From Candidatus Bipolaricaulia bacterium (GTDB lineage Bacteria; Bipolaricaulota; Bipolaricaulia; RBG-16-55-9): 42,988 nucleotides of DNA. Positions within the stretch are counted from its first letter, which is position 1; each line of letters begins with the position of its first letter. The notes below the pieces were generated by a model. It was given only the letters and a program-made list of their open reading frames with translations. It was not told the origin of the DNA and searched no databases. Below are positions 21,176-30,104 of this stretch, piece by piece. The translations under genes were made by a program, and so were the position numbers. The stretch lies in contig JBDGQO010000053.1 of NCBI GenBank assembly GCA_042219045.1, positions 1 to 42,988 of the forward strand, given 5' to 3'.

Positions 21176-21399
21176 TGGAGGTTTGCTCGAGCTCCAACCT
21201 CAACGAACGCTTCCTCGATCGGCGGTGGGATTGGATCGTCATGCGCCTTGAGGCTTTCCACATAGCCCGTGATGGCTTCCTGGATATTGTGAAGCGCCTC
21301 GTCTCGGGTTGATCCTTGCGAGACACAGCCCGGCAGCGACGGGCATTCGGCAACGTACATGTCGGCTTCGTCTTGCTGAATCAGAACCCGATACTTCAT
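21172..21399 (-). CDS. hicB: HicB family antitoxin, short form without a DNA-binding domain
   Basis: MKYRVLI..YVAECPSLPGCVSQGSTRDEALHNIQEAI..Y...L....DPIP. Confidence 0.9.
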   Translation of the reverse strand: MKYRVLIQQDEADMYVAECPSLPGCVSQGSTRDEALHNIQEAITGYVESLKAHDDPIPPPIEEAFVEVGARANLQ

Positions 21400-22967
21400 G
21401 TTCGTCTCTCCTCTTGCTCAAAGCTCTTGAGGGCGTTCGGTATCTCGTTCAGAAGATCCCGTGGCAACATTGCCCGCTTTCCCATGGTGAGCGTCAGCCG
21501 ATCCGCCAGCAACCCGTGGAGGTAGACGCCGGCGGGAGCAGCGTCTTCAGGAGCCATTCCTTGTGCCATGAGCCCGACGATCATTCCGGTCAGCACGTCG
21601 CCACTTCCGCCCGTCGCTAGCCCCGAGTTGCCTGTCGAGTTGACGAAGACGTCACCCGATGGAAGCGCTGTGACGGTCGGGGCGCCCTTGAGGACGAGGA
21701 CGGCCTCCAGGTCTTGGGCGGCACCGCGCGCTGCGCCCACGCGATCCCGCTCGACGTCCGCGATCGATCGATCCATCAGTCGGGCGAGCTCGCCCGGATG
21801 GGGCGTCAATATCACAGGGATGTCGAGATCACGGAGCAGCTTGCGGCCTGCGTCGTCGGCCAAGTTGTTGATCCCGTCCGCGTCGAGGACCAGCGGGATC
21901 GTCAGCGAGGGGAGCAGCTCATGCAGAAGCGGACGGACGGACTCATGTTGAGAAAGACCGGGCCCGACGGCGATGGCATCCATCCGTTGCTGGCTCAACA
22001 TCTCCAAAATCTGGGCGGTGGCCGTCTCTGCCAACGCGCCATCGATCTCGGGCAACGGGAACTTGACGGCTTCCAACACCCGGCTCTCGACGACGGGGTT
22101 CAGGCTCTGGGGATGGCCCATGTGGACGAGCCCGGCGCCGCAGCGCAAGGCCGCATCGGCGGTCATGATGGCAGCTCCCGAGAGTCCGCGCGACCCGGCC
22201 AACACGAGCACGTGGCCGTGGTCTCCCTTGTGGCTGTTCGATAAACGCTCGGGCAGCCGCTCGCGCACCCCGTCGTGATCGATCCACTCCAGGCCGGTCT
22301 CCAAGGAATTTTTCAGCGGATCCGGATAGCCGATCGTCCGGACGAGGAGGTCGCCGACGTGATCGCGTCCCGGATAGAGCAGGAGCCCGATCTTCGGGTA
22401 CTCCAACGTCACCGTCAGGTCCGCTCCGATGGCCACCCCTTCGACGTGGCCCGTGTCGGCTTCAACGCCGGAAGGAGCGTCGATGGCGACGACGTGGGCC
22501 GGCCCGACGTTGACGCGCTCGATGACGGGCTCATGGAGCCCCCGAACCGCCCCCTTGACGCCGATGCCGAGCAGGCCGTCAAGCACGACGTCAGCTCGCC
22601 ATAGCGTGTCATCGAGCCCATCGACATCCGCTTCGTCGTCGACGTAGCGAATCTCAACGCCGAAGTGCTCCAGGATGCGCGCTTGCGTGGTCGTCTCCTC
22701 CGACAGCTTGTCGGGCGCCCCCACGATGACGGCCTCGGCCGAGGCGCCCCCTTGGATGAGATGCCGCGCGGCGCAGAGCGCGTCACCGCCGTTGTTTCCC
22801 TTGCCCGACATTGCCAAGACGTGAATCCCGTCGGGGTCCCAGTGTTGGGAGACGGCTTCGGCAACGCGAAGCCCCGCGTTTTCCATCAGAATCAGGCTGG
22901 GAATGCCGAGGTCGTCGATGGCTTCGGCATCGAACGCCTTCATCCCCTCTCCGGTCAGGATCTTCAT
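21396..22967 (-). CDS. nnr: bifunctional NAD(P)H-hydrate epimerase/dehydratase (YjeF)
   Basis: LMENAG, GKGNNGGD, DGLLGIG, IDAPSG, HKGDHG, VGPGL, LDADG, LTPHPGE, LATGGSGDVLTG. Confidence 0.95.
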   Translation of the reverse strand: MKILTGEGMKAFDAEAIDDLGIPSLILMENAGLRVAEAVSQHWDPDGIHVLAMSGKGNNGGDALCAARHLIQGGASAEAVIVGAPDKLSEETTTQARILEHFGVEIRYVDDEADVDGLDDTLWRADVVLDGLLGIGVKGAVRGLHEPVIERVNVGPAHVVAIDAPSGVEADTGHVEGVAIGADLTVTLEYPKIGLLLYPGRDHVGDLLVRTIGYPDPLKNSLETGLEWIDHDGVRERLPERLSNSHKGDHGHVLVLAGSRGLSGAAIMTADAALRCGAGLVHMGHPQSLNPVVESRVLEAVKFPLPEIDGALAETATAQILEMLSQQRMDAIAVGPGLSQHESVRPLLHELLPSLTIPLVLDADGINNLADDAGRKLLRDLDIPVILTPHPGELARLMDRSIADVERDRVGAARGAAQDLEAVLVLKGAPTVTALPSGDVFVNSTGNSGLATGGSGDVLTGMIVGLMAQGMAPEDAAPAGVYLHGLLADRLTLTMGKRAMLPRDLLNEIPNALKSFEQEERRT

Positions 22968-23887
22968 GGCGCCGTGGATTGTAACAGCGCGAGGATTTCG
23001 TCGGCGATGACCTCGGCATTTTTCTCGGTTGTGTCGATCCAGTGAATATCGGGATCTCGTCGGAAATATTTCAATTGACGTCGAGCGTGGCCGCGAGTGT
23101 GCTTTTTCATGAGCCGCACGGCTTCGTCCAGCGACGCGATCTCGCCGCGTATGTAATCGAACATTTCCCGATAGCCGTTGGATTTGTACGCCTGTGAGCC
23201 GACCGGGACGTGCGGCAGCAGCTCGCTGGCTTCCTCAAGCAATCCCTCCTCGATCATCTGATCCACGCGACGGTTGATTCGCTCGTAGAGCACCTCTCGG
23301 TCCGCTGTCAGGCCAATTTTCAAAAACTCGTACGGCGGTCCGGGGGTGCGCTTCTGGTGGACGCTGATCGGCTCGCCCGTCAGCTTGTAGACCTCCAACG
23401 CGCGGACGATGCGTTGGCGATCGTTCGGGTGCAGCCGTTCGGCTGTCTCGGGGTCGGCGTTCTGGAGACGCTCGTAGATATCCGCCAGCGGCTCGGCTCT
23501 CAGTCGCTGCCGCAGCGCCGGGTCTTTGGACGGGCCTTCGAACAATTTGCCTAACAGAGCGTCCGCATGGAGGGTGCTGCCGCCGGCCACGATCGCTCGG
23601 ATTCCTCGAGTTCGACAGTTCTCGAGGGCCCGGATGGCGTCCGTGCGGAACTGCATCGCGCTGTAGGCCTCGTCGGGATTTTTAATGTCAACGAGATGGT
23701 GGGGAACGCGCTTGCGGAGGTCGTGGGACGGCTTGTCAGTGCCGATGTCCATGCCGCGATAGACGGCTCGCGCGTCCGCGGAGACGATCTCGGCACCGCC
23801 CAACTCGAGCGCTAACTGGAAGGCCGTGCGGGTCTTGCCAACCCCCGTTGGGCCCAGTATCAGCGGGACGGGCTCAAACGCATCCAC
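22964..23887 (-). CDS. miaA: tRNA dimethylallyltransferase
   Basis: GPTGVGKT, SADARAVYRGMDIGTDKP, PHHLVD, HPNDRQRIVRALEV, ARRQLKYFR. Confidence 0.95.
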   Translation of the reverse strand: MDAFEPVPLILGPTGVGKTRTAFQLALELGGAEIVSADARAVYRGMDIGTDKPSHDLRKRVPHHLVDIKNPDEAYSAMQFRTDAIRALENCRTRGIRAIVAGGSTLHADALLGKLFEGPSKDPALRQRLRAEPLADIYERLQNADPETAERLHPNDRQRIVRALEVYKLTGEPISVHQKRTPGPPYEFLKIGLTADREVLYERINRRVDQMIEEGLLEEASELLPHVPVGSQAYKSNGYREMFDYIRGEIASLDEAVRLMKKHTRGHARRQLKYFRRDPDIHWIDTTEKNAEVIADEILALLQSTAP

Positions 23888-23955
23888 ATCGGGATCGCCA
23901 CGCTCTCAGCCAGGTGTTGGCCCTTCTGGAATGGCCGAATCGTCAGTTGCCCGGA

Positions 23956-25005
23956 TTAAAGGTCTTCCTTCTGCAGCATCTGGCGGAAGCGCTTCAGCTC
24001 CTCCTGGCGCGTCGGGTGCTTCAGCTTGTCCAGCGCCTTGATCTCGATCTGGCGGACGCGCTCGCGGGTGATGTTGAACTCGCCCGCCACGTCCTTGAGC
24101 GTGCGCGTGTGGCCGTCCTTGAGGCCGTAGCGCAGGATGAGGATGTCGCGCTCGCGCTGGCTGAGCTGGTTGAGCGCCCGCTCCAGCTCCTCGGCCATCG
24201 ACTGGCGGTATGCCTCTTTGGTGGGCGAGGCGGCATTGTCGTCGGGAATGAGATCGCCGAGCGAGTCCTCTTCGTCCTCGCCAATGGGGCGCTCCAGGGA
24301 ACTCGTGTATTGGCTGACGTTTTCGATCCGCTTGACCTTGTCCACGGGCATGTCCAGTTCCTTGGCCAGCGTCTCCTGGTCGGGAACCTCGCCCGTCTGC
24401 TGGACGTGTTCCTTCTTGATGCGCTGCAGCTCACGGACGGTCTCGATCATGTGGACGGGCACGCGGATGGTGCGGGATTGATCCGCGATGGCGCGCGTAA
24501 TGGCTTGCCGGATCCACCAAGTGGCATAGGTGCTGAACTTGAACCCCTTGGTGTAGTCGAACTTCTCCACCGCCTTCATGAGACCGAGGTTGCCTTCCTG
24601 GATTAAGTCGAGAAATGATAGCCCCCGGTTCATGTATTTCTTGGCGATGGACACGACCAGACGGAGGTTGGCGTTGATGAGCTGCGAGCGACAGTGCTCG
24701 TCGCCGCGGGCGACGCCCTTGGCGAGCTCGACCTCCTGTTCCCGCGTCAGAAGGGGGATCTGACCGATCTCTTGAAGATACATCTTGACGGGGTCGCTGC
24801 TGGCGCCGACGGCCGTGAAGCCTTTGGCATCCTCGCTCTCGGCGTCCCCGTTCTCGTCCTCATTGCCGTCGAGCTCCGCCCCGTCCAGATCCTCATCGGA
24901 AAACTCGGGAATATCGTAGAATGTCGTGCGTTCATCGGTACCGCCGTTGGTGTTGGCGTTGGCCTTGTGGGTAAAGGTGCCGTTCCCCTCTTGCCGGTTA
25001 TCCAT
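23956..25005 (-). CDS. sigA: primary sigma70 factor (RpoD/SigA)
   Basis: [72 protein letters not shown]; directly after dnaG; SD GGAGG. Confidence 0.93.
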   Translation of the reverse strand: MDNRQEGNGTFTHKANANTNGGTDERTTFYDIPEFSDEDLDGAELDGNEDENGDAESEDAKGFTAVGASSDPVKMYLQEIGQIPLLTREQEVELAKGVARGDEHCRSQLINANLRLVVSIAKKYMNRGLSFLDLIQEGNLGLMKAVEKFDYTKGFKFSTYATWWIRQAITRAIADQSRTIRVPVHMIETVRELQRIKKEHVQQTGEVPDQETLAKELDMPVDKVKRIENVSQYTSSLERPIGEDEEDSLGDLIPDDNAASPTKEAYRQSMAEELERALNQLSQRERDILILRYGLKDGHTRTLKDVAGEFNITRERVRQIEIKALDKLKHPTRQEELKRFRQMLQKEDL

Positions 25006-26800
25006 GGTATCCTCCCCCTCCTTGACTGGCGATCGCCCCCCAACCGAGTTGGCGAAGCAACTTCTGGCGGTCAATGGAGAGCTCCTGTTGCTCGCGCTGC
25101 AGGCGGTCCACTCCCTCGCGGTCGCCCTGGGCTTCGGCTTCCCGAATCCGAGCGTTGAGCGTTCGCAAGCGGCGGTCGATGCCCTTTAGGCGGAGTTGGC
25201 CCTCCAGGAGTTGAGTCAAGGCGCGCTCGCTGTCGTCGTCGCGGCGTTCGCTGACCGCGAGCGCTCGTAGCCGCTCCGCTTGCTGCGGATCGAGCCGATC
25301 GAGCCACGCGGTCAGAGCCCGTTGGCCCTCTGCGTCGTCGAACCGTTGGGGAACCTCCTCCTCACGGTACAGCTTGAACAGGACGTCGATGGCCTCGGCG
25401 TAATGGCTGAAGTCGTCCGGTTCCAGTTCGTGGATGGCCCGATCCACCGAGTACTCCCCGTGCAGCAGCAAGTGCATCAGATGCTCTTCCACCCCCCAAT
25501 GCTCCGAGGATTGGGGCTCCATTGTAACCGTCGCCCCGCGTCCTTTCATCCGCTCCATGGCGCCACGCAGGTCCTCAACGGGAATGTCGAGCGCCGACCC
25601 CAGTTCCTTCAAAATTTGCGTCCGCAGGGCCGGGCCGTCCAAGCCGGACAGGAAATCGCGAGCGGCGGCGATCATCGCCTCCTGCCCTGGGAGCGCTCGC
25701 GGGTCGTGCGTCTCCAAAAGCGACTTGACGAAGAACTCCGAAAACGGGACCGACTGGCTCAGGGCCTCTTGGAACGCCTCGGTGCCGCTCTCGCGCAACA
25801 GGTCGTCGGGATCGCCGTCCGGCGGCAACAGCACGACGCGGACGTCGAGCCCCGCGCTGAGCAGCTGTTTGACGCCGCGTAGCGTGGCCGTCTGCCCGGC
25901 CGTGTCGCGATCGTAAGCGAGCAGTGCGCTCGTCACGTAGCGCTTCAGCAGGTGGGCGTGGTCCTTCGTCAGCGACGTTCCCATGCTCGCGACCGCGTTC
26001 CGGAAGCCATGCTGATGGGCCATGATGACGTCGGTGTAGCCTTCCACGAGCAGCGCTTGCTCGCCCTGGCGCAGCGCGTCGCGGGCCTGCGGGAGCCCGT
26101 ACAGCAACTTGCTCTTGGTGAAGATGGGTGTGTTGGCCGTGTTGAGGTATTTGGGATCGTCGTCGGGTTCGAGCGCCCGGCCCGCGAAGCTGAGCACCTC
26201 CCCCTGCGTCGACATGAGCGGGAAGATGACGCGATCGCGGAAGAAGCTCCAGCGCCCGCCTTGGCCGCGCCGCACCAGCGACAATTGCGCAAGGTCCTCG
26301 GTCTCGTTGCGGAACGCGTTCAACAGCGCGCCTGACGCTGCCGGCGCGTATCCCAGTCGGAATCGGGACATGGTCTCGTCGGTGATGCCGCGCTCGGCCA
26401 GATACGCCCGGGCCTGCGCGCCCCCGTCGCTGCGCAGTTGGCGCTCGTAAAACTGGCACACGCGCTCGGCAAGCTGACGCAGACCGCCCGTTTCCTGGGA
26501 CTGTTCTCGGGATTCGGTCAGGCGGATGCCGGCCTCGTCGGCCAGGCGCCTGACGGCGTCGGGAAACTCGACGTTCTCGATCTTGGACAAGAACGTGTAG
26601 ACGTCCCCGCCGGCCCCGCAGCCGAAACAGTGGAACAGCCCCTTGTCCGCGCTGACCGTCATTGACGGCGATTCGTCGGGATGGAACGGACACAGCGCGA
26701 GATAGTTGTTCCCGCTGGCGCGAACGGCAACATAGCGGGCGACGACGTCGACGATGTTGATCCGCGAGCGGATGGTTTCGATCTCATCGCGAGTCGGCAT
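24998..26800 (-). CDS. dnaG: DNA primase
   Basis: CHC2 zinc finger CPFH...[35 protein letters not shown]. Confidence 0.95.
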   Translation of the reverse strand: MPTRDEIETIRSRINIVDVVARYVAVRASGNNYLALCPFHPDESPSMTVSADKGLFHCFGCGAGGDVYTFLSKIENVEFPDAVRRLADEAGIRLTESREQSQETGGLRQLAERVCQFYERQLRSDGGAQARAYLAERGITDETMSRFRLGYAPAASGALLNAFRNETEDLAQLSLVRRGQGGRWSFFRDRVIFPLMSTQGEVLSFAGRALEPDDDPKYLNTANTPIFTKSKLLYGLPQARDALRQGEQALLVEGYTDVIMAHQHGFRNAVASMGTSLTKDHAHLLKRYVTSALLAYDRDTAGQTATLRGVKQLLSAGLDVRVVLLPPDGDPDDLLRESGTEAFQEALSQSVPFSEFFVKSLLETHDPRALPGQEAMIAAARDFLSGLDGPALRTQILKELGSALDIPVEDLRGAMERMKGRGATVTMEPQSSEHWGVEEHLMHLLLHGEYSVDRAIHELEPDDFSHYAEAIDVLFKLYREEEVPQRFDDAEGQRALTAWLDRLDPQQAERLRALAVSERRDDDSERALTQLLEGQLRLKGIDRRLRTLNARIREAEAQGDREGVDRLQREQQELSIDRQKLLRQLGWGAIASQGGGGYHG

Positions 26801-26892
26801 GGGTCATCCCTTCCGGCATCCGCTCTGTGGGCGCCCCGGGGATATCGACGTTAAGCATTCGTCGTCGTGGGGTCCAGAAATTGAAAATCCTC

Positions 26893-27483
26893 TCACCGTA
26901 GATCGAGGAGGAACGGGTTGCTCCGGCGTTCCTGCTCGAGCGTCGTAGCCGGGCCATGGCCCGGATAGATTGACCAGTCGCCGTGTAGCGTATCGAGCCG
27001 CTGGAGGGATTCGCTCATCTGCTCATCACTTCCGCCGGGGAAGTCTGTCCGGCCGACGGATCCCGCGAAGATGAGGTCCCCCGAAAAGACGATCCGCTCG
27101 TCGCGGTCCAGAAGGATCACTTGACCCGGACAGTGGCCCGGCGTGTGCATGACCTCCAGCGACACATCGCCCACGTCGATCGTTTCGCCCTCGGCGATGA
27201 ACCGATCGAGCGGGATGTCGTCGCCGAGCAGGGTCCGCCACCAGGCCCGATCGGCCTTGTGCAACATTAGCGGGACGTCCAGTTGGCGCTTCAGTTCGGG
27301 GTTGCCGCCGATGTGGTCGGGATGGGCATGGGTGTTGAGCACGGCCACGACGTCGGTTCCGGCCACGGCCTCCAGGACGCTCGGATCGGCCGCGCCGGGG
27401 TCGATGACCAGCGACTGCCCTTCGGACGTGACGACGTAGCAGTTGGACTGATAGTCGGTCAGCGTGAACGTCCGAATGTGCAT
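26893..27483 (-). CDS. MBL-fold metallo-hydrolase (glyoxalase II-like)
   Basis: NCY, IDPG, THAHPDHIGG, HTPGHCPG, SGDLIF, GRTDFPGG, PGHGP. Confidence 0.9.
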   Translation of the reverse strand: MHIRTFTLTDYQSNCYVVTSEGQSLVIDPGAADPSVLEAVAGTDVVAVLNTHAHPDHIGGNPELKRQLDVPLMLHKADRAWWRTLLGDDIPLDRFIAEGETIDVGDVSLEVMHTPGHCPGQVILLDRDERIVFSGDLIFAGSVGRTDFPGGSDEQMSESLQRLDTLHGDWSIYPGHGPATTLEQERRSNPFLLDLR

Positions 27484-27485
27484 GG

Positions 27486-28232
27486 CTAGGCCTCCTCCGC
27501 GGTCCGAGCGAGCGTGGCGACGAGGACGCGCTCGACGCCGGCGTCGACGAGCGTCTGGCTGCACTCGCGAATCGTGCTGCCGGTCGTGAATACGTCATCG
27601 ACGAGGAGCATGCCCTCCCAGGGAAGGGGCTGCGTCGGGGCCAATGCCCCTCTGAGATTGTCGAGGCGCTCGCGCTCGGGCAACTCGACTTGGGGGCGTG
27701 TCTCGCGTGTCTTCTCAAGCGCGGGGACAACAGGGCGGTTGATATGCGTGCCCAGTTGCCGGGCGAGCCGCTCGACGTGGTTGAAGCCGCGCTCGCGCCG
27801 CGCTCGGCGCGTCATCGGCACGTACGTGATGGCGTCGACCTCGGTGTCCATGGCTTCATCCAGGACGCGCTCAGCCAGCAGTCGGCCCAAGTCAGCGGCC
27901 AAGGCCCGCTCGCCGTGGAACTTGTACAGCTGGATCAGTCGAGCCAAGGGACCGTCGTACGGGCCAACCGCACGGGCTTTCGCGATCGGCAGCGGCATCT
28001 GGCCGCACCGCGCGCACAGATCAATGCCCTCCGGCACCGGGAGGCCGCATGCCTCGCACCACGGCGGCTCGAACCGTTCGATGTTTCCGCGGCAGTTGGC
28101 ACAGACAAATCGCGCTGATTGATTGGTGTCCCGATTGAGCGCAGCCTCGCACACGGGACAGTCGGGCGGGTAGACGAGATCCAGGGTCGACTGCGCCGCC
28201 GTTTGAACCAGATGGCGGACGCGTGTGCCCAT
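27486..28232 (-). CDS. comF: ComF family protein (double zinc ribbon + PRTase)
   Basis: Four CxxC pairs, RGFNH, R..NLRGA, LLVDDVFTTGST. Confidence 0.88.
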   Translation of the reverse strand: MGTRVRHLVQTAAQSTLDLVYPPDCPVCEAALNRDTNQSARFVCANCRGNIERFEPPWCEACGLPVPEGIDLCARCGQMPLPIAKARAVGPYDGPLARLIQLYKFHGERALAADLGRLLAERVLDEAMDTEVDAITYVPMTRRARRERGFNHVERLARQLGTHINRPVVPALEKTRETRPQVELPERERLDNLRGALAPTQPLPWEGMLLVDDVFTTGSTIRECSQTLVDAGVERVLVATLARTAEEA

Positions 28233-28268
28233 GGCTGGCCCGTTCGACAGTCCCAACGCGCCTCCCGT

Positions 28269-28829
28269 CTATTTGATCGAGTTCAGAAAGTGCTCGTGGA
28301 TTCGACCGTCGCCGACCAACTCGGGATGGAAGCTGCTCACAAGCACGTTGGCTTCCTGGGCGACGACGGGCACGCCGTCGTGTTCGGCCAGGATCTCCAC
28401 GTCGGGGCCTCGCTCGATGATCTTGGGTGCCCGAATGAACACGGCATGGAGGGCCCCGATGCCCTTGATGTCGAGGTCCGCCTCGAAGCTGTCGACCTGG
28501 CGTCCGTATGCGTTGCGATCGACCTTGACGTCGATGAGGCCGAGGCCCTTCGGGTCGCCGCCGCTGACGTCGCGGGCCATGAGGATCAAGCCGGCGCACG
28601 TCCCGAACAGCGGAAGCCCCTCTTGGCCGCGGCGGAGGAGCGCCTCATCCAGGCCGTGGAGCGCCAGGAGCCGGGCCATCGTGGTGCTTTCCCCGCCCGG
28701 CAGCACGAGCGCGTCGACGGCGTCGATCCCCTCGGCAGTCCGGACGTCGCGGGTGTCCACGCCCAGATCCCGCAGGACGCGATGGTGCTCGCGAAAGTCG
28801 CCTTGGAGGCCGAGGACGCCGACGATCAT
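28269..28829 (-). CDS. pdxT: PLP synthase glutaminase subunit
   Basis: GVLGLQGDFREH, LPGGESTT, GTCAGLI, RNAYGRQVDSFE, FIRAP, FHPEL. Confidence 0.96.
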   Translation of the reverse strand: MIVGVLGLQGDFREHHRVLRDLGVDTRDVRTAEGIDAVDALVLPGGESTTMARLLALHGLDEALLRRGQEGLPLFGTCAGLILMARDVSGGDPKGLGLIDVKVDRNAYGRQVDSFEADLDIKGIGALHAVFIRAPKIIERGPDVEILAEHDGVPVVAQEANVLVSSFHPELVGDGRIHEHFLNSIK

Positions 28830-28857
28830 CGACGAACGTGATAGCTGGCGTGAGGCA

Positions 28858-29742
28858 TCACTGGCCCCGGGTTTGCAGCATTTCGCCCGGCTCGACGTCG
28901 TCCATGTTGATTCCGACCATGGCCTCGCCGAGGTCGGTCGAGATCTGGCCGAGCCGGTCGGCGTCGTTGTGATACGTCACGGCCTCGACGATCGAGCGGC
29001 CGCGTCGCTCGGGATCCTTGGACTTGAAGATGCCCGAGCCGACGAATACGCCGTCACAGCCGAGTTGCATCATCAGTGACGCGTCCGCGGGCGTGGCGAT
29101 CCCGCCGGCCGCGAAGTTGACCACGGGCAAGCGCTCCTCGGCGCGGACCATCCGAAGGACCTCCAAGGGCGTGCCCCACTCCTTGGCGAGCACGACGAGT
29201 TCGTCCTCGTCGGCGGACACGACTTGGCGGATCTGCTTGTTCATGGTCCGCATGTGCCGGACGGCCTCGATGACGTTGCCCGTGCCGGCCTCGCCTTTGG
29301 TGCGGATCATGGCGGCGCCTTCGGCAATGCGCCGAGTGGCCTCGCCGAGGTCGCGCGCGCCGCACACGAACGGCACGCTGAACGCCCATTTGTCGATGTG
29401 GTTGTCCGGATCGGCGGGCGTGAGCACCTCGCTCTCGTCGACGTAGTCAGCGCCCAAGGATTCCAAAATCTGGGCCTCCACAAAGTGCCCGATGCGGGCC
29501 TTGGCCATCACGGGGATGGAGACCGCTTCCATGATCTCGCGGACCTTGGTCGGGTCGGCCATGCGGGCGACGCCGCCCGCTTCGCGGATGTCGGCCGGGA
29601 CGCGCTCCAGCGCCATGACGGCCACGGCGCCCGCATCCTCGGCGACCTTGGCCTGCTCGGCGGTGGTGACGTCCATGATCACCCCGCCCTTGAGCATCTC
29701 GGCCAGCCCAGACTTAACGCGGAACGTGCCTCGCTCAGCCAT
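28858..29742 (-). CDS. pdxS: PLP synthase lyase subunit
   Basis: [62 protein letters not shown]. Confidence 0.97.
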   Translation of the reverse strand: MAERGTFRVKSGLAEMLKGGVIMDVTTAEQAKVAEDAGAVAVMALERVPADIREAGGVARMADPTKVREIMEAVSIPVMAKARIGHFVEAQILESLGADYVDESEVLTPADPDNHIDKWAFSVPFVCGARDLGEATRRIAEGAAMIRTKGEAGTGNVIEAVRHMRTMNKQIRQVVSADEDELVVLAKEWGTPLEVLRMVRAEERLPVVNFAAGGIATPADASLMMQLGCDGVFVGSGIFKSKDPERRGRSIVEAVTYHNDADRLGQISTDLGEAMVGINMDDVEPGEMLQTRGQ

Positions 29743-29773
29743 ACGTGTCCTCCTCTCAGGAATGCCCTCCGGC

Positions 29774-29801
29774 ATTATAGCCCGCACACTGCGGCCTGCA
29801 A
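29774..29801 (-). promoter_or_regulatory. promoter of the pdxS-led gene run
   Basis: Minus strand TTGCAG-16 nt-TATAAT. Confidence 0.5.
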
Positions 29802-30104
29802 CCGGGCTGAAGGTTCCATCAGCAGCGGATTCCCTGCCGCGTCCCCACAACGCGACCTCCGCGTCCAGCGTGTGGGAATCGACAGTTTTTGCCGGTGCTG
29901 ATGCGTCTTGCGAGCGTCGGCATGGTGATGGCGATCACAGTTGCCACGGACACGGGTCCGCTACAATCCGCCCAGCCATCCTCACTGAGGTGAGCCATTG
30001 TGCACAGACGGCCATTTATCGATCACGGGGACAAGGGCAATGACCCGGCCGCGACGCCTGGCTTGACCGTGATCGGGACTATCACGAAAGGCGAGGTGAA
30101 CGGC

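Noticed and set aside
30025..30066. AGGGCAA...GACGC resemblance to a c-di-GMP-I riboswitch
   Set aside because: No GNRA-capped P2 stem, no GCAAA after GAC and no P3 stem
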